From contig CAYUAI010000005.1 of assembly GCA_964442745.1 (NCBI GenBank), forward strand, positions 44,426-108,425: DNA of 64,000 nt, written 5' to 3'. The DNA comes from an uncultured Chromatiales bacterium (GTDB taxonomy: Bacteria; Pseudomonadota; Gammaproteobacteria; S012-40). The position numbers and the translations under genes are program-made. How positions within the stretch are numbered: position 1 is the stretch's first letter; each line of letters starts with the position of its first letter. The notes beneath the pieces are model-generated. The model had not been told where the DNA came from. It was given only the letters and a program-made list of their open reading frames with translations, and did no database searches. Below, one piece after another: positions 60,608 to 64,000 of this stretch.

Positions 60608-61234
60608 ATGGCTCTTGCTACTAATAAACGGGCGGTTATGACGTTGTATTCAGGGTCAATCGATACATATAGCCATCGTACACGTATTGTTTTGGCAGAG
60701 AAAAATGTCACCTTTGATATTCATGAAGTAGAGCCAGGTAATCTTCCAGAAGACTTGATTGATTTAAATCCTTACAATTCGGTTCCTACGTTAATCGATA
60801 GGGATTTGGTGTTGTATGATTCCAGAGTGATTATGGAATATCTGGATGAGCGTTTTCCCCATCCGCCATTAATGCCCGTTGATCCCGTGTCAAGAGCGCG
60901 AAGTCGTTTAATGTTGCATCGGATTGATCATGATTGGTATCGCTTAGTTGCCGCATTGGAAGGGGAAGATGGCGCCGCAAAAGATAATGCCCGCAAAGAG
61001 CTACGCGATAGCATAACATCCATTGCACCCATATTTGATGCTAAGCCATATTTTATGAGTGATGAGTTTTCATTAATCGATTGCAGTGTTGCACCTTTGT
61101 TATGGCGGCTTGGTCATTATGGGGTCGAATTGTCTCCGGCAGCAAAAGCGGTGGAAGCTTATGCTGAACGATTATTTGAGCGTAATTCAATGGTGCAAAG
61201 TTTGACTGAAGCGGAAAAAGAGTTAAGGATGTAA
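60608..61234 (+). CDS. sspA: Stringent starvation protein A
   Basis: NKRAVMTLYSG, SHRTRIVLAEK, NPYNSVPTLIDRDL, EYLDERFPHPPLMPVDPV. Confidence 0.96.
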   Translation: MALATNKRAVMTLYSGSIDTYSHRTRIVLAEKNVTFDIHEVEPGNLPEDLIDLNPYNSVPTLIDRDLVLYDSRVIMEYLDERFPHPPLMPVDPVSRARSRLMLHRIDHDWYRLVAALEGEDGAAKDNARKELRDSITSIAPIFDAKPYFMSDEFSLIDCSVAPLLWRLGHYGVELSPAAKAVEAYAERLFERNSMVQSLTEAEKELRM

Positions 61235-61339
61235 TAAATAGCCTGCTTGGCAATTAAGCGGAGAGGCTTTAAATATACCCAGTGCTGCCTCCTTTAAATT
61301 AAGTATCTTATTAAGCCCAATGTAAAAGGTGTGCTAGCC

Positions 61340-61450
61340 GTCGGGTGCATTATAGGCACCCAGCAATGGTGAAGAGGGCAATTCACGATTGATGAATACG
61401 GAAGCATGGATTGAGGTTAAACGCCCGACGGTGCGTCTAATGCGCCCGAC
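61340..61450. repeat. Inverted REP-like pair (GTCG variant) between sspA and sspB
   Basis: GTCGGGTGCATTATAGGCACC and, on the opposite strand, GTCGGGCGCATTAGACGCACC. Confidence 0.7.
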
Positions 61451-61538
61451 AAAAATCAAACGCTTAGGCTTTGAAAAATTCAGTAAAATGCCTTATGCAC
61501 CAAACGATTCGGTGGGTTATTTAAAGGATACGGTACGA

Positions 61539-61566
61539 GGAGGCTTTCCATTCTTGGGCAGCCTCC
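61539..61566. repeat. 28-bp hairpin repeat family B, copy 3
   Basis: GGAGGCTTTCCATTCTTGGGCAGCCTCC. Confidence 0.7.
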
Positions 61567-61677
61567 TAATTTGGGTATTTTTTGTCGTTATTGGCCAATA
61601 ATTGGCGAAAAGATAAGTCATTAAATCGATTGCAATGGTGTTAAATATTTGCTTAAATTTTTACATTTTGGTGCGCT

Positions 61678-62088
61678 ATGAATGATCAGCTACAAATGAC
61701 TTCAAGTCGTCCTTATTTGATGAGGGCGTTAAATGACTGGATTCTTGATAACAAAATGACGCCTTATATTGTGGTGGATGCAACGCACAAAGATGTACAA
61801 GTGCCCCTGCAGTATGTTGACGGTGGAAAAATTGTGCTTAATCTTAGTCCCTCGGCCGTCCGAGATTTGCTTATCGATAATCGGCGTGTATTATTTTCCG
61901 CCCGCTTTGGTGGGGTCTCCATGGATGTGATTGTGCCTATTCAAGCGGTGTTAGCTATTTATACGAAAGAAAGTGGTCAGGGAATGATATTTAATGGGTC
62001 GCTAAATGAAATTAATAACTCCATTACGGATGAATCTAAACAGTTGAGCAAGAAAGTGGTGAAACCCAATCTGACATTAGTCAAATAA
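61678..62088 (+). CDS. sspB: ClpXP adaptor / stringent starvation protein B
   Basis: RPYLMRALNDWILDN..TPY, IVLNLSPSAV, ARFGG, C-terminal PNLTLVK. Confidence 0.96.
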   Translation: MNDQLQMTSSRPYLMRALNDWILDNKMTPYIVVDATHKDVQVPLQYVDGGKIVLNLSPSAVRDLLIDNRRVLFSARFGGVSMDVIVPIQAVLAIYTKESGQGMIFNGSLNEINNSITDESKQLSKKVVKPNLTLVK

Positions 62089-62126
62089 CATCAAAGTCTA
62101 GATCGGTATTGAATGTGTCTATTTTT

Positions 62127-63314
62127 TTAAAGCTGTTGATTGGTACGGATTAGCGCTAAAATTTCACGATAGCTGACTTGTTGTTGGCTGAGTGTTTGGA
62201 TTTGTTGTTCGCGTTGTGTGGTTGGTAAATCCCCTAAATGTTTGGCAGCCTGATAATAATTTGGCCAAACTCCTTTGGACTCTTTAAATAGGGCAATAAA
62301 CGCAGGGATGTTTTTCAAGTAGTTCATGCTGGCGGCTAGTCGTGCATTATTGACTGGGCTATCGAACCAGAAATCAAAACCCGTGTATCCGTGCCAGGTA
62401 TCCTTTAAGGTCTGATAGTTATTTTTCAATGCAGTAAAAATCTGTCGTTTTTCTCGCCTTTTTTCTGATTCTGTCTTTGCGGTGCTATAAAGTGTTTCGA
62501 GCTGTGTTCGGGTATTCAACAAGAGTTGTCGAAATTGTTGGCTGCGTGCTAGAGAGGCTAGATAGTTTGCCATATTATCCGGTTTGTTTTCGGCCAGCCA
62601 GGTGATGACTGCCATTTTTTCGGTGGCTAAAGCAAAGGCTTCGTTAAATGCCACATCATTTTTAATATAAAGCACTTGATGGCTTAATTCGTGAAAAATA
62701 ACCCCACTAAAATGTGTTTCATTCCAATTTATCATGGTGCTCAGTATGGGATCATCAAACCAGCCGAGTGTTGAATAGGCGGCCACCCCACGTACGTGAG
62801 TATCCAGACCTTGCTTGCTCAGTTGTTCTGCTAGCTGGTCGGCATCACTTTCCGCATAATAACCACGATAACTCACGCAACCAACCACCGGATAACACCA
62901 GTTCTTGGGGGACAGTGAAAATTCTGGGGCGGCGGTGATATTCCAAACCACGTATTTCCTCGGTAATTTTACATAACTTTTATAGCTGTCATTGTCTGGT
63001 AGGCTGAGCTGTTCACTGGCGAATTTTCGAATAGTGAGCGCCTGCTGTAGTTTTTCTTTTAATGGCTGGAGTGTTTTGGGATGATCAATCAGGGTTGTGA
63101 TATCTTGGCGGTGCCACAAGATTTTAAGATGGCCGCTGATGGATTGCTGATAATAACTTAAGGTAGAGCATGCCGTGAGCTGTGCCAAAGTGAGACATAG
63201 CCAGCCGGCGGCTAGCCAATATCGGATTGTTCGATGAGGGTGGGCTGTGGCCCTGGCAAAACCCGTGGTTTTATCTTGGATGGGACTAAATATTGTTTCC
63301 ATAATATAATCCAT
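62127..63314 (-). CDS. Putative zinc aminopeptidase lipoprotein (DUF2265-like)
   Basis: LTAC lipobox, WCYPVVGCVSYRGYY, AYSTLGWFDDP, FHELSH, FNEAFA. Confidence 0.85.
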   Translation of the reverse strand: MDYIMETIFSPIQDKTTGFARATAHPHRTIRYWLAAGWLCLTLAQLTACSTLSYYQQSISGHLKILWHRQDITTLIDHPKTLQPLKEKLQQALTIRKFASEQLSLPDNDSYKSYVKLPRKYVVWNITAAPEFSLSPKNWCYPVVGCVSYRGYYAESDADQLAEQLSKQGLDTHVRGVAAYSTLGWFDDPILSTMINWNETHFSGVIFHELSHQVLYIKNDVAFNEAFALATEKMAVITWLAENKPDNMANYLASLARSQQFRQLLLNTRTQLETLYSTAKTESEKRREKRQIFTALKNNYQTLKDTWHGYTGFDFWFDSPVNNARLAASMNYLKNIPAFIALFKESKGVWPNYYQAAKHLGDLPTTQREQQIQTLSQQQVSYREILALIRTNQQL

Positions 63315-63363
63315 GCTGGCATTGTTAATAGCAGAAGTCTAGTGTCTTTGGTAAGATAATTCT

Positions 63364-64000
63364 ATGAAAGAAAAAGTATTTGAGGTGTATTTAGTGGGGG
63401 GAGCTGTGCGAGATCAATTGCTCGGGTATCCTGTAAGGGAGCGCGATTGGGTGGTGGTTGGCGCCTGTCCTGAACAACTGGCAGCGCAAGGATTTAAACA
63501 AGTGGGCAAAGACTTTCCTGTGTTTTTACACCCTAAAACTAAAGAAGAATATGCGCTGGCACGAACAGAGCGTAAAACTCAAAAAGGCTATGGGGGTTTT
63601 ATTGTGGATGCTGATCCCCGCATTTCGTTAGTCGAGGACTTGCGGCGGCGCGATCTAACCATCAATGCCATGGCCATGACACCTGAAGGGCAACTGGTCG
63701 ATCCATATCACGGTCAACGAGATATTGAATTAAAACTATTACGCCATGTGTCAAGTGCATTTGTGGAAGATCCGCTGAGAATTTTACGGGTGGCCCGATT
63801 GGCGGCGCGTTACCATTTGCTTGGCTTTCGGGTCGCCGATGAAACCATGCAATTAATGCAACAAATTGTGCGCCATGGCGAAGTCGAACACTTAGTGAAA
63901 GAGCGGGTGTTTGTGGAAATGCATAAAGCATTATCAGAAGATAAGCCGTCGGTATTTTTCACTGTATTAAAAGACTGTGGTGCATTGGCGATCTTATTTC
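63364..64000 (+). CDS. cca: CCA-adding tRNA nucleotidyltransferase (partial, runs off the window)
   Basis: [63 protein letters not shown]. Confidence 0.96.
   Translation, partial: MKEKVFEVYLVGGAVRDQLLGYPVRERDWVVVGACPEQLAAQGFKQVGKDFPVFLHPKTKEEYALARTERKTQKGYGGFIVDADPRISLVEDLRRRDLTINAMAMTPEGQLVDPYHGQRDIELKLLRHVSSAFVEDPLRILRVARLAARYHLLGFRVADETMQLMQQIVRHGEVEHLVKERVFVEMHKALSEDKPSVFFTVLKDCGALAILF

Overview
Core-genome segment of what looks like a chemolithoautotrophic gammaproteobacterium (it carries a phosphoribulokinase gene). From left to right: an orphan ModA-like binding protein, a PagL-like deacylase and cbbP/prk; a transposase remnant; a ~17 kb LPS core/envelope cluster (waaF, UDP-glucuronate decarboxylase, waaA, a radical SAM/SPASM enzyme, GT9/GT4/GT2 transferases, hldD, hldE, an LTA-synthase-like transferase, waaL); thiS-thiG-trmB, mutY-yggX, tRNA-Phe; a PEP-CTERM gene; an EHD-like dynamin-family ATPase; a redox group (DLD-like, thioredoxin-like, SDR, luciferase-like); then the conserved run mlaFED-[TolC]-mlaCB-ibaG-murA-hisGDBHAFIE-tatABC-degS-nif3-[...]-sspA-sspB, an aminopeptidase and a partial cca. 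Most notable: (1) a seven-gene Alternative Complex III with split ActB occupies the slot between nif3 and sspA where petABC (cytochrome bc1) normally lies; (2) a TolC-family channel sits inside the Mla operon, coupled to mlaC; (3) a membrane-anchored EHD-like ATPase; (4) sigma54 plus FNR-type promoter elements upstream of the PEP-CTERM gene; (5) strand G/C skew switches suggesting rearrangement. Several MITE/REP-like repeat families fill the intergenic spaces. No CRISPR array, rRNA, integrase or prophage was seen. All calls come from motif recognition by eye, with no database searches.
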